NCBI GenBank assembly: GCA_028289675.1
Contig: JANQOL010000444.1
Location: 2,026 to 66,025, forward strand
Reading direction: 5' to 3'
DNA: 64,000 nucleotides
From: Pirellulaceae bacterium
GTDB taxonomy: Bacteria > Planctomycetota > Planctomycetia > Pirellulales > Pirellulaceae
The notes under the pieces are model-generated. The model was not told the DNA's origin. It saw only the letters and a program-made list of their open reading frames with translations, and searched no databases. Below are positions 43,223 to 53,900 of this stretch, one piece after another. How positions within the stretch are numbered: position 1 is the stretch's first letter; each line of letters begins with the position of its first letter. Position numbers and translations under genes: made by a program.

Positions 43223-43879
43223 GTGAGTGTGAACCAACCCTTTGCAGTTCTCAGTCGCACCAAATCGTTTTCGACGCACGTAACAGTCGATTATGTGACC
43301 GGTAAGGCCATCGGTGTTAGTTTCAAAACGGTTTCCGGCAACCGCCCCAAGACGTTCAACAACACATTGTTCTTATGGCAAAACCCCAACCAGATTCCTT
43401 GGGATGTCGAGCCGTTGCACCGTCAAAAGATTCTGTACGACGGTGGACCTGACGGTTCTACCAACATTCAAGACGTACACATTACATCGCAAAGCTACAT
43501 TATCGGCTACGCGGTGGGTCCGAGCGTATCCGACATTTGTGCTTCGGCCTATATTTCGGCCGAGAACAACATTGAACATCCTGAGACCACGATGTCTCTA
43601 ACGCTGAAGTTCGCCGGGCCCACTTCCTGCGCCGTGGACTTCACCACATTGCCCGGCTACCGACCGGAAGCCAACAGAAACTGGGCAGGCATCTGGAATA
43701 GCTCCTCCGCCTCTCATTGCGTGCCTCCCAAGTGGCGGACGGAGATTCACGGCAACTCCTCCAACGGCTTGGCCGCCTTCAACAACATCTCGTTGGAACG
43801 TGATGGAACTTACACCGTGGGTTACTTCATGAGTCCGAATCAAAGCAGCCTGGCTGCCACGTTAACGTTCACGGTTTAA
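43223..43879 (+). CDS. Hypothetical protein B: paralog of 42401-43054
   Basis: GTG 43223 gives MSVNQ..., aligning with MSVAE... of A. Shared WQN.NQIPW, SYIIGYAVGP, ICAS, AAFNNI and the terminal AATLTFTV. Confidence 0.8.
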   Translation: MSVNQPFAVLSRTKSFSTHVTVDYVTGKAIGVSFKTVSGNRPKTFNNTLFLWQNPNQIPWDVEPLHRQKILYDGGPDGSTNIQDVHITSQSYIIGYAVGPSVSDICASAYISAENNIEHPETTMSLTLKFAGPTSCAVDFTTLPGYRPEANRNWAGIWNSSSASHCVPPKWRTEIHGNSSNGLAAFNNISLERDGTYTVGYFMSPNQSSLAATLTFTV

Positions 43880-43908
43880 CTCGGCTGGCCTCAACGGAGG
43901 ATTTCCCA

Positions 43909-46900
43909 GTGGCTTTCTTCAACCAAAGTCCTTTCAGCAACCAGCTCTTTATGGGCTCTGAAGCTCAATCGGATCGGGGACAAGTATGGCTCGTCTTGCC
44001 CCGTGGGCACGGCGAACCGATATCGCTGGAACAGGCCCTGCACGACGATTCGCTACGAGCCAACTTTGCTTTTTCAGCGGCGCCGATCGTACTGGATGAC
44101 GCCGACGCCGCGAGTCAATTCGTGCAGACGATATTGAAGGTCGCCGGAACCGTGGCGGCAGCCCGCTCGATCCTGTGGCTGCGAGACTCGACCGATATTT
44201 CACCACCTACCGTGGCTCTGTTGGGAATCGCGCCGGACGGCACTTTCATCCAGGGAGGTCTGGGAGGCGGCGTCCTGATCGAGCAAATCTTGCAGTTCAA
44301 GATCCCCAATGGGACTCGCCTCGAGCTGGCGTCGGAGACGCAAGTCATCCTGAGCACCGTTCAGGGCAACAAGATCGGTCTCGCCTTCAACGGCGATGGA
44401 ACGCTGCGATCCACGGGCGCCGACCATGGGATGCTTGACTTCAGTGGTCCATACCGCGGCTGTGTGCGATACACCGACGAGATCCAACAACAGTCACTGC
44501 GTGAACAGTTGTTCTGGGGGTTTCAGTTTTCGATTCCAACCAAGCAGCCGGTACGCAGCGCCATCCATGAATATCTGCCAATCGCCGGCAGAGGCGATAG
44601 TTCCAACAACGGCGCCAGCCCAACTGATCAAGTCCAGTTCGCCGTCAGCATTGATCTGAGTGACCCTTTGAACGCTCAATGCCCCACAACGACCGATCGT
44701 ACAGCACTAACTTTTACGGGTACGACTCAGAAACAAAACGGACAACAGATACCCACTCGATTGGCTTCCTACTATCGCACGATCTATGGACACGCCATTG
44801 ATCTGCTGCCACTGGGGATTCACCAAGCAACCAGCAGTGAGATTCCGGCTCGGCTGGTTTTCGCGCTCGGTGAGCAAGTCAAAGATGGCACGCTGGCGTA
44901 CCACAGTTGTCCGGTTGGTGACTATGCCTTGCAAGTTGGCGGGCGGACCGGGCATTTTGATCTGCTGTGTGGATTGACCGGCACCGAATTCTTGGCCTTT
45001 CAAGCGGGGACCGATGCTGCATCTAGTGACCGCTTGCGCTTCGCAGCTCGTCAACCGGCGTTCGCGGCCAATTATCCATTCCCTGAAGCGTCACCAGTTG
45101 GCAAACCGCTGCAGTCTGGCGAGATGCTGCTCAAACCCAACTACTTAACCGCGTGGGGAACGGTGGTTCGACCGCCAGACAGCGGCACCAGAGGGCAGAT
45201 TCCTTACGTGGCCCAGCCCAAGGGCTCGTCGCTGTACGGTCGCGACGAACTGATCCATAGTTACAGCCCGCAGTTGTTTGGATTCAAAGACCCTAGCGTG
45301 GTCCTGCCCGATACCGATTTCACTTTTCCCATTCCGCCGTACGCCGGCGCCATCCCCAGCCAGGACGGCGTGGCCACTTTTAACAAGCAGCAAATCGAAG
45401 CCGTCGAGCGCGAGGTCCTAGGCCCCACTCGCCGGGATCTGATTGGAAAACAGAACCCAAGTCAAGCGGCTTCGAAAATGGAATGCCTGACTGGTGTCAC
45501 GACCAATCAGAGTCCGACCAACTCCACTACCCCGACCGGCCTGATCGCCACCGTTGACGGCGGCGGCCGGTTCACCAAGGTGCTGCTGGGTCAGAATCTG
45601 CATGGTCCGCAAGGCCAGACACGGCAGATGGCGTTTTGCCAGCTGCAACCCAAGCTGCAGCAGGCCATGCAGACCAACCAGTTGTTGCTGGTGGTCGCCA
45701 ATCCAACGGAACTGGGTGCCATGTCCGGTGGCGGTGACGGCACCTGTGACAGCAAGTCTCAGTTTTTCAACCAGATGAACATTGAGGACTGGTCTTTAGA
45801 AGCCGATGTGGGGCAAAACGCCTACAACGATTACCACAATGTCATGATCTTCAAGGGTCGCAAAGGACCGCTGTACGACCCAAAATATGCTGACCGCCAG
45901 GATGGATCTAAAGAGCCATCCAATCTGGTGTCCAATCCAAATCTATGGACGCAACGGGAGACATTTGCCTCTCCCAGCACGCAGGACGACCCGACACCCG
46001 ACCCAACGCAGCAGATCATTCTCTCGGGCTGGCTGCAAAAGTACTTTCAGGAAGCCAGTCAGCAAACCGGCAACGTCTACTTTGAGAAGTTCAACGCGAT
46101 TGCCAAAGATCCCAACTGGACCGGCATTCTTGTCTTGCGGATGAACATTGCTGAAATCCCCTCGGATCTGGCGGGCATCACTGCCGGCGTATCCGCGCCC
46201 GAACGGTTCAACGCACATCACTTCGGCATTGAAATCGGTCAAGTTCAAAACGACCCCGGAGCGCCACAGATCGAGCTGTCCGACTCCAGTTCCATGTTCG
46301 GTCTGATCTACTACGTCGATCCTGACTTCCAGCAGCCCGATGAGGGACAACCGGCCGAACCCATCGCCCCCGCTCCCGGCGCGATTTACGACTTTCGTCT
46401 ACTGACCTTGAAGGTCCTCTTTGAAAACACGGCTGTCAGCAAATTCGAAAGCCTGGCACAACTCACGCTCAACCGATTGTTTGACATGTCAGTCACCCAC
46501 ATGGGCTCCGGCGGCAATGGGTTCAATACGATCGTGCTCCAAGGAGGTTATCAGAACAACAATGGAAACCCCGTATACAGCCTTAGTTCGACAGCCGACA
46601 ACACGTTCTACTTCGACAGTAACATCTTCAACAAGATCGAGATCGATAGTGCGCAGCTGACCACGCGCAGCTCCGGCTATTTGTTCGATTTAGACAAGTC
46701 GTTTTCTGACGCACTAAACCAGGGCGGCGAAGTACCGCCCGAACTGCGCGACGTTTTTCAGACGCATCACATTTCGTTGTCCGAGGCTGCCCGCATCAAA
46801 CCGCTGGAATCCAATCGTCTGTGGGACATCGACGACGGCGATTCCCAGTATCAAATCGAGAGTGATTTGAAGTTGCAGGTGTACGGTGACGTCGTTTCGT

Positions 46901-47760
46901 GGTTTGGCTTGAGCGGCTTTTTGGACTTTCAAGTCGTTGCTCAAGGTGTTGAACTGGATAAGTCGACCGAATTCTATCCGTTCGACATTCTGTCTTTCGG
47001 CAACAACATCCAGCCCAGGAGCAAACCCACCGATCCGATCGTCATGGAAGATCAATTGCGCAAGGGCCTTCGGTTCTCCGGACTGGGAATCAGCATGAGG
47101 TTCCCGAAGGCGGCACCTACCACTCGCGAGCTGTCGTTTGTGGTCGACGAGATGCGTTTTGATACCGTTACGAGTACACCTCGGGTAGGCAGCCTATTTC
47201 GCGACTTTGCACTGGAGCTGGAAGGGCTCGATCACGGCACGCCGGATGTCTCACCACCCAAGGATTATCTGGGCGTGATTACCGACGCTCGTTTGAACGG
47301 TGTCGAGGGAAGCCCTTGGTACGGACTGCGGTATCGTTTGAACATGGGTTCACCGGGCGAGCTGGCGGGGAAAATCGATCTAACCTCGCAACTGTTTACC
47401 GGCTGGTCATCCAACAGCCGGGGCAACAGCGGCTACCAGGCGCAGTTGGGACTACAGCTGCCCGGAACAGGTGGCGGTGCCAAGCTGATCAGTCTGCAAA
47501 CCGTGCTCAAACTGTCGATTGGTTTGCTGCGGCTCACCCGTGCCAAAACTCAAAGCGGCGACGAGTCCTTCATGTTGATGCTGACGGACATCGCCCTCAA
47601 GCTTCTCGGACTGCTGAAAATTCCTCCGGGCGGATCGACGCTGTTCTACCTGTTTGGCAATCCGCAGGGCGACGGCAAAGCCAAGGGACTGGGTTGGTAC
47701 GCCATGTACAACCAGGATCAGGCCAAGCAAGAACCGGCCCCCGAACTCATTGAAAAATGA
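43909..47760 (+). CDS. Large uncharacterised beta-rich protein (1283 aa)
   Basis: GGAGG RBS with GTG start, 29 bp after gene B; long open frame; beta-rich C-terminal third ending LFGNP...LGWYAMY. Confidence 0.85.
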   Translation: MAFFNQSPFSNQLFMGSEAQSDRGQVWLVLPRGHGEPISLEQALHDDSLRANFAFSAAPIVLDDADAASQFVQTILKVAGTVAAARSILWLRDSTDISPPTVALLGIAPDGTFIQGGLGGGVLIEQILQFKIPNGTRLELASETQVILSTVQGNKIGLAFNGDGTLRSTGADHGMLDFSGPYRGCVRYTDEIQQQSLREQLFWGFQFSIPTKQPVRSAIHEYLPIAGRGDSSNNGASPTDQVQFAVSIDLSDPLNAQCPTTTDRTALTFTGTTQKQNGQQIPTRLASYYRTIYGHAIDLLPLGIHQATSSEIPARLVFALGEQVKDGTLAYHSCPVGDYALQVGGRTGHFDLLCGLTGTEFLAFQAGTDAASSDRLRFAARQPAFAANYPFPEASPVGKPLQSGEMLLKPNYLTAWGTVVRPPDSGTRGQIPYVAQPKGSSLYGRDELIHSYSPQLFGFKDPSVVLPDTDFTFPIPPYAGAIPSQDGVATFNKQQIEAVEREVLGPTRRDLIGKQNPSQAASKMECLTGVTTNQSPTNSTTPTGLIATVDGGGRFTKVLLGQNLHGPQGQTRQMAFCQLQPKLQQAMQTNQLLLVVANPTELGAMSGGGDGTCDSKSQFFNQMNIEDWSLEADVGQNAYNDYHNVMIFKGRKGPLYDPKYADRQDGSKEPSNLVSNPNLWTQRETFASPSTQDDPTPDPTQQIILSGWLQKYFQEASQQTGNVYFEKFNAIAKDPNWTGILVLRMNIAEIPSDLAGITAGVSAPERFNAHHFGIEIGQVQNDPGAPQIELSDSSSMFGLIYYVDPDFQQPDEGQPAEPIAPAPGAIYDFRLLTLKVLFENTAVSKFESLAQLTLNRLFDMSVTHMGSGGNGFNTIVLQGGYQNNNGNPVYSLSSTADNTFYFDSNIFNKIEIDSAQLTTRSSGYLFDLDKSFSDALNQGGEVPPELRDVFQTHHISLSEAARIKPLESNRLWDIDDGDSQYQIESDLKLQVYGDVVSWFGLSGFLDFQVVAQGVELDKSTEFYPFDILSFGNNIQPRSKPTDPIVMEDQLRKGLRFSGLGISMRFPKAAPTTRELSFVVDEMRFDTVTSTPRVGSLFRDFALELEGLDHGTPDVSPPKDYLGVITDARLNGVEGSPWYGLRYRLNMGSPGELAGKIDLTSQLFTGWSSNSRGNSGYQAQLGLQLPGTGGGAKLISLQTVLKLSIGLLRLTRAKTQSGDESFMLMLTDIALKLLGLLKIPPGGSTLFYLFGNPQGDGKAKGLGWYAMYNQDQAKQEPAPELIEK

Positions 47761-47909
47761 GTCTGGGAGCGCCTCATTTGACTGGGACTGGCCGTTGTCA
47801 CCGCCAGCTGGCCAAGCAACGGCAGACTTGCCACCACAAACAGACACTAGCATCGCTGAAGCGACCCCAATGACCCTCGCAAGCCCATTAGGGCACCGGA
47901 AGGCTGACC

Positions 47910-50900
47910 ATGCTTGAGGAACTGCTCGCCAAGCTAAAAGACAACTCGTCGAAGTCTTGGGATGAAGACATCCTCCACGGCCGAAAAGACATCGGTAAGC
48001 TGCTGGCGGCACAGCCGGAGATCCGCATCTTTGTCGACGGTTCGGCCAATTTCGGACACCAGGCATCGACAGTGCTGATTATGCGGCGCTTGGTTCAGGA
48101 CCTGGGCTATAGCAAGTTGCTTACCGCGGTTGTCACCAGTGGCGGGGAGAAACAGCTGACCAAGCTTGTTCCCGGCTACACCGAAGGCAATTTGGATCCC
48201 ATCGATTTCTATGGTGCTCAAGCTCGTTTCATTCCTCGGAATACATTCGAAGAACATGCAGACAAATACCCATACGTACTGTTGGGATTCACTGGTGGCG
48301 CTGACGAAGACAGCGACTACACCGGTGTCGTACGCAGTTATCTGTTCTTGCGGCTACAACCCTACCTCTGGCCACCCAAAGAGAGCAAGTACATTCGTCG
48401 GCAACTCGAGTACACGTTTCCTGGCCACGAGGAGGACGACCCGCATCGAATTGAGTTGGAGACCGTATTGGAACCCGCATCCGACAAAGCGGGGCCCAAG
48501 CTCAAATACCGTGCTTACCATCAACCTGTGCCCCGCTTTGATGAGATTCCTTGGGACACGTATGAGAAGAAGGGGCCCGAGCAGCAGCGCAAGCACGTCA
48601 CCAATGCCCTGGTGTTGGTAAAAAACCTGGGAACGCATTTCTTGCTTCCCAGTTATGCCTTACGGCCGGGCGGCCAGACTCAGAAGGACCCGTCCAATCT
48701 ATGGGCACAGCTAGTCATCTCGGTCTTGCAAGCTCAGACGATGGGCTATCCCAAGGGTCCCGCGGTGTTGGTCAACTTCGATGATCAAGTCACTGATGAC
48801 GTATGGACTCAATTGGAAGCTCTCTTAAAAGGCGGACCCAGCACCTTTGAAAAGCAGATGCAAGCCTTTTTGCAAAAGGTGCCTCCCAAGATAGTCGAGT
48901 TGCAAGAACAAGCCTCCAAGGCCAATCCTGAAGAGCGTGGTGAAATCGAGAAAAGTATCAAGGAATTGCAGACCAAGCAGGCGTCTTACGAGCAGTATAT
49001 GCAAGCGTACAAAGAACGCGGGAAGTACCTGCAGACGCTGGCTGCTGAAAAGCGATTCTTGCCAGTGCTACGCGTTCCGGACCCCACGTTGATTCAAAGC
49101 GCGTTGTCAAAAGTCGACGCCAATCAAGTACTCCTGATCAATCTGGGAGGTGTGCCACCAGAAATCTATCACTACATATTTTCTCTGGCGAAACTCCCCA
49201 GCATCTTCGAAGGGGCGGCTACCGCCGGCCAAGCCATCAACACGGGGTTGCCCTATCTACACCTCAGACACACGCAACTGGCCAAGACAGATGTGGTGCT
49301 CTATCCCTCCACGTTAGCCAGTGGCAATAACTACTCCGACGTCGCGGGTTACTGCCAGGTTGCCGCCAACGCCATCACAGAAGGCATTGATGACAAAGTT
49401 CTCAAGAGGCCGCCCGACCAGTGTATGGCCGCGGCTCTGAAGACCGCAACGTTTATCCAGGAGGCTTACCAGAGTGAATCGAAGATCCACAGATACTTTG
49501 ATGAGGTTCGACAGTTCTACAGCCGGCCTACCAACGGCATTTTGAATGTCACGCTGGCGGTCATGAATGGGGTCTACCAGGAGAACGAAGGCAAATTCAA
49601 TCCCAAGACACCCATGCTGCTGGCCGCGGAAGACAGCCCTCTGGAAACGCTCTACAAATGCATGACGGAGCATACGACTCCACCGCCGCAAAGCCAGCTT
49701 AGCCTCATTCCCACTTGCTTAAACGAAGGGGCCATCGCCTCTTTCTACCAAGCGTTGCTGCCAGGCAATGACCTGACCATCGACACTGCCACCATCACGC
49801 CAACTCGCGACGACAAAAATCAACTCACCAAGATCACCGTCTCCGGCAAGACCAGCTCGTTCGGGCTGAACATGGATGTGCCGCTGCTGGAGTTTACCGA
49901 CGCGAATGGCTCGCTCAGCACTTTGGGTAGATTCACCAGTCAAGAAACATGGCAGCTAGGGGGCATACCATGGATCGGTATTGAAGACGCTGGCTTCGAG
50001 ATCAATTTGACCAACGGTACCACACCCACTGCCGGTGCCATTCTGGGACGCATCAAGAACACCGACCTGGAGATGCGCGTCAATCTGCCACCGACGGACA
50101 ACAAGTGGTTGATCTCCGGGACCGTCGCGAAAGACGGCGACGCAAGCATTGCCCAAGTCTACGAAATGGCGGGCGGAATCAATTTGATTGCTAGCCTGCC
50201 ACCTGGGTTAAAGACGCTAGCAGGCTTCGAACTGCAACAGTTTCAAATTTCTCATGATTTCTCGACGGGGAGTATCGAATTCACGCGCTTCATCGTCGGC
50301 ACGCAAACCCCATGGGAGTTGATCCCGGAGATCAACCTCAGTATTCAATCCGTAACGCTGGACGCGGTGATTCAAAAACCGGGCAGCTTGAAGAATCGCA
50401 AGCTGGAAATGGATGTCACCGGAAAATTCACTTTAGGCGGTGGCACCATCCAAGTCTCTACCCACATCCCGGGTTTTCAAGTGCAAGGCGGATTGACGGA
50501 AGGAACCATCCGGCTGGACGACATCCTGACCAAATTTTTGCCAGGTGTATCCATTGATTTGAAGACCGAGATCACCACCTTTGAATTCAATGTGGACCCA
50601 ACTGCCAAGAGCTACTCGATAACTACCGGACTGAAGAGTGATTGGAAGATTGGCGACATCTTCACCATTACTGGCATCGACTTCCATGTGGAGAACGGTG
50701 GTGGGGAGACATCGGGAAGTGTTACCGGCAACACAGTCTTCATGCCACAGTCGACCAACATTGGCTTAAGCGTCTCAGCTTCTTACGACGCCACTGAGAA
50801 GGGATGGACATTCAGTGGCCATAACACAAACCCGATTGAAATCAGCAAGCTGCTGAGCGGAGATCCGTTCAATTTCAATACCGACTCGCAGGACAAGAAA

Positions 50901-53900
50901 CAGATCGACAAACTGGCTCTGTCACTAACCACCGGAGACAAATCCTGGACCTTTGAGGGCTCGATCAGCGATTGGAAGATCGACTTTCTTGATCTGCTGA
51001 TCAAGAAAGCCTCTTTGAAAGCCGGCTACAACGGCCCGAAGAACCAAGCGTTGCTGCTGCCGCCGTTGCGTCAATCAAACGCGGCGGTGTTGGTGCCTTT
51101 GGTCGACGCGAACTCACTGATTGAACCTGCTTCAGGCGAGCTGCCAGCGGGCACGCAACCAAAGGGCAATTACTTCGCCAACATCGATGCTGATCTAGAG
51201 TGGCTGGGCGTCAATCTGAACACTTGGCTCAAGTTCTCGACAGACAAGGGCCCCAGCTGGGGTGTCACGATACCCGATCTGAAACTGAGCGGATCGGTCA
51301 GCAAGAATAGCCAGAAGCAGTGGGTCGGCACTCTGAAATTTCCCGACGACGTGACGGTTGGCTTCTTGATCGAACACATGGTGTCCTGGATCACCGGATC
51401 CAAATTTGGCTTGGAGGCCCCTTGGGACTTCCTGAACAGCATTAACTTGAGCGCGTTGGAGCTGGTGTTCAACTTCTCAACGAAGCAAGTCTCGTTTAAG
51501 GTCAACATTGGACCGATCGACTTGGGATTCGCGCGCATCGACGGGATCAACGTCAGCTACGAACGCGGCAACGCAGATCCGGCGAAGAATGGTGTTCAAG
51601 TCAGCCTAGCGGGTTCGTTCCCGTGGAATATCGGCGACGACAAAGTCGGCGATACCGGCAACCTAGGACCATGGAATGCTGCGGAGCCGGGAGCCGCTCC
51701 GGCGCCTCCCGGTCAAGGCAACAAGTACTTTGACATTCGCATGCTGGCCATGGGCCAACACGTAACACTGCCTTGCTTCACTGATCCGGACACGAACACG
51801 GTGCAGAAGGCCATCGCGTGCATGCGCAATCTGCCGCAGCCTCCTGATCCCGGCAAGCCCACCATTCCTCCGGTGCAGTTCGATTCGCAAAGCTCTTGGT
51901 TGATTGGCGCCGACTTTGGCATTCTCAAAATCGGAGACAGCAAGTCTGCAAACGGCAAGCCTAAGAAACCGGGCCGCCCGTCGCTGCCAACAAAATCCGA
52001 TTACCAACCCACCGAATGCTTGGCCATGGCGGAGACAAAAAACGCGCCAGGTTACGTATTCAATATGCAAGTCGTCTTCAACGACCCCAGCATCTACGGT
52101 CTCCGCATCGCGCTAGCTGGCGACGCGGCCAAGATCTTCAAAGGGCTGGAGTTTCAAATCATGTACCAGCAGGTCAGCCCGACGGTCGGCGTCTACCGCT
52201 CCGAGATTACGCTGCCGGATATCATGCGGCATTTGAGTGTGGGCGCGTACTCGGTGACCTTGCCTGTATTTGGCATCGAGATCTACACCAATGGTGACTT
52301 CCAAGTTGACATCGGGTTTCCGTGGGATGAAGACTTCTCCCGGTCATTCTCTATCGAAGGCATCATCGCACCCGGTATTCCGGTGATGGGATCTGCCGGC
52401 TTCCACTTTGGCAAACTCTCCAGCGCGTCCACCAATCGCGTTCCGCAGGCGACCAACGGCACGTTCAATCCCGTCATTGTCTTCGGCTTTGGACTGCAAG
52501 TCGGCTTTGGCAAGTCGGTCCACTACGGCATTCTGAGCGCTGGCTTTAGCCTGACAGTGGTCGGCATCATCGAAGGCGTCCTCGGCAAGTGGAACCCCTA
52601 TCCCGACGGAGGCACCGGCACGCCGCGGCTAGGCAACAATGGCCTGGCTGAGAGCAACTCACAGATCCAGGGAGCCTACTACTTCTGGTTGCGCGGATCG
52701 GTAGGCGTGATTGGCAAGCTGTACGGCACTGTCGACTTCGCGATTATCAAAGCCGACGTCAATGTCGAAATCAAGCTGCTATTGCAGATGACGTATGAAA
52801 CCTACGTCTCCATCACGATCTCGGTGATCGCATCAGTCAACGTTTCGGTCAGTGTCAAAATCAACCTGGGACTCTTCAAAGTCAGCGTGTCCTTCAGCTT
52901 TTCGTTGAAACTGAAGGAAACCTTTACGATCGACAACCACGGCGACGCACCGTGGAAAGTGGGCGGACATAGTCAGAAGCAACTGTTGCGAGCTCCGGCT
53001 GACCGGCGGTTGCGCGTCCATCGGGCGCTGGAACCGATGATTTTGCTGTCGCTGACCGATGGACCGAACTGGTCACGCCTGAGCGCGCCGACGCAGCCCA
53101 CTCCGCTGACCAGTTGGCTTACTACAGCTTTGACGGTCGCCCACGACGAATGGAAGACTGACTCTCAGAAACCGGCAGATCAGCGTCCCTGTTACGTGGC
53201 CATGTTGATGCTGGACTCCGTGGCGGCGCCCCAATCCGACAAGAAGACCGCAGCCCTCAAAGCCAGTGGGGCGGAAGCAGATTCGTCGTTCGAGTTGTTG
53301 GCCAAAATGGTCTTGCGGTGGATGGTTGCCGCATTGCAGAGCAAGCCGTACACGCCCGATCAGATCGACGATTTGGTGGTCACGGAAACGCAACTTCGAT
53401 ATCTCACCGAGAATGTCTTGGTCAGCTCGGATGATCGGCCCACTCCGATTCCCGAAGAAGCCATTGAGTCGTTTCTATCCGCGCAGTTCAAATTGAACGT
53501 TCGGCAGGCTCCTGATCAGGACAATACTGGCCAGGAACCGCATACGACCTATTTCCCAATGGCGCCCGACATCAAGCTGCATGTGCCCGCCTATGGCAAT
53601 CAGCATGAATACAACTACACGTTCGCTCAATACAATGCCATTGACGACAGTGGGCTCAGTTTCTTGCGCAGCTACTTTGACGAGTTGGCAGTGCAGGTCG
53701 AACATGAAATGGCCGCCGATCGCGACGATGCTCGCCCTATGGCCCTGGGAGACCAATCTTACTCCATGGCCCAGTGGGTCATGACCGACTATTTCCTGCT
53801 GCTGGCACGCCAGATGGTACAAGCCGCCCGCGATGGCCTGCGTGATTTTAAGTTTCCCATCGAAGATAGCTCGGATCCGAATCACCCCGACACGCCGACT

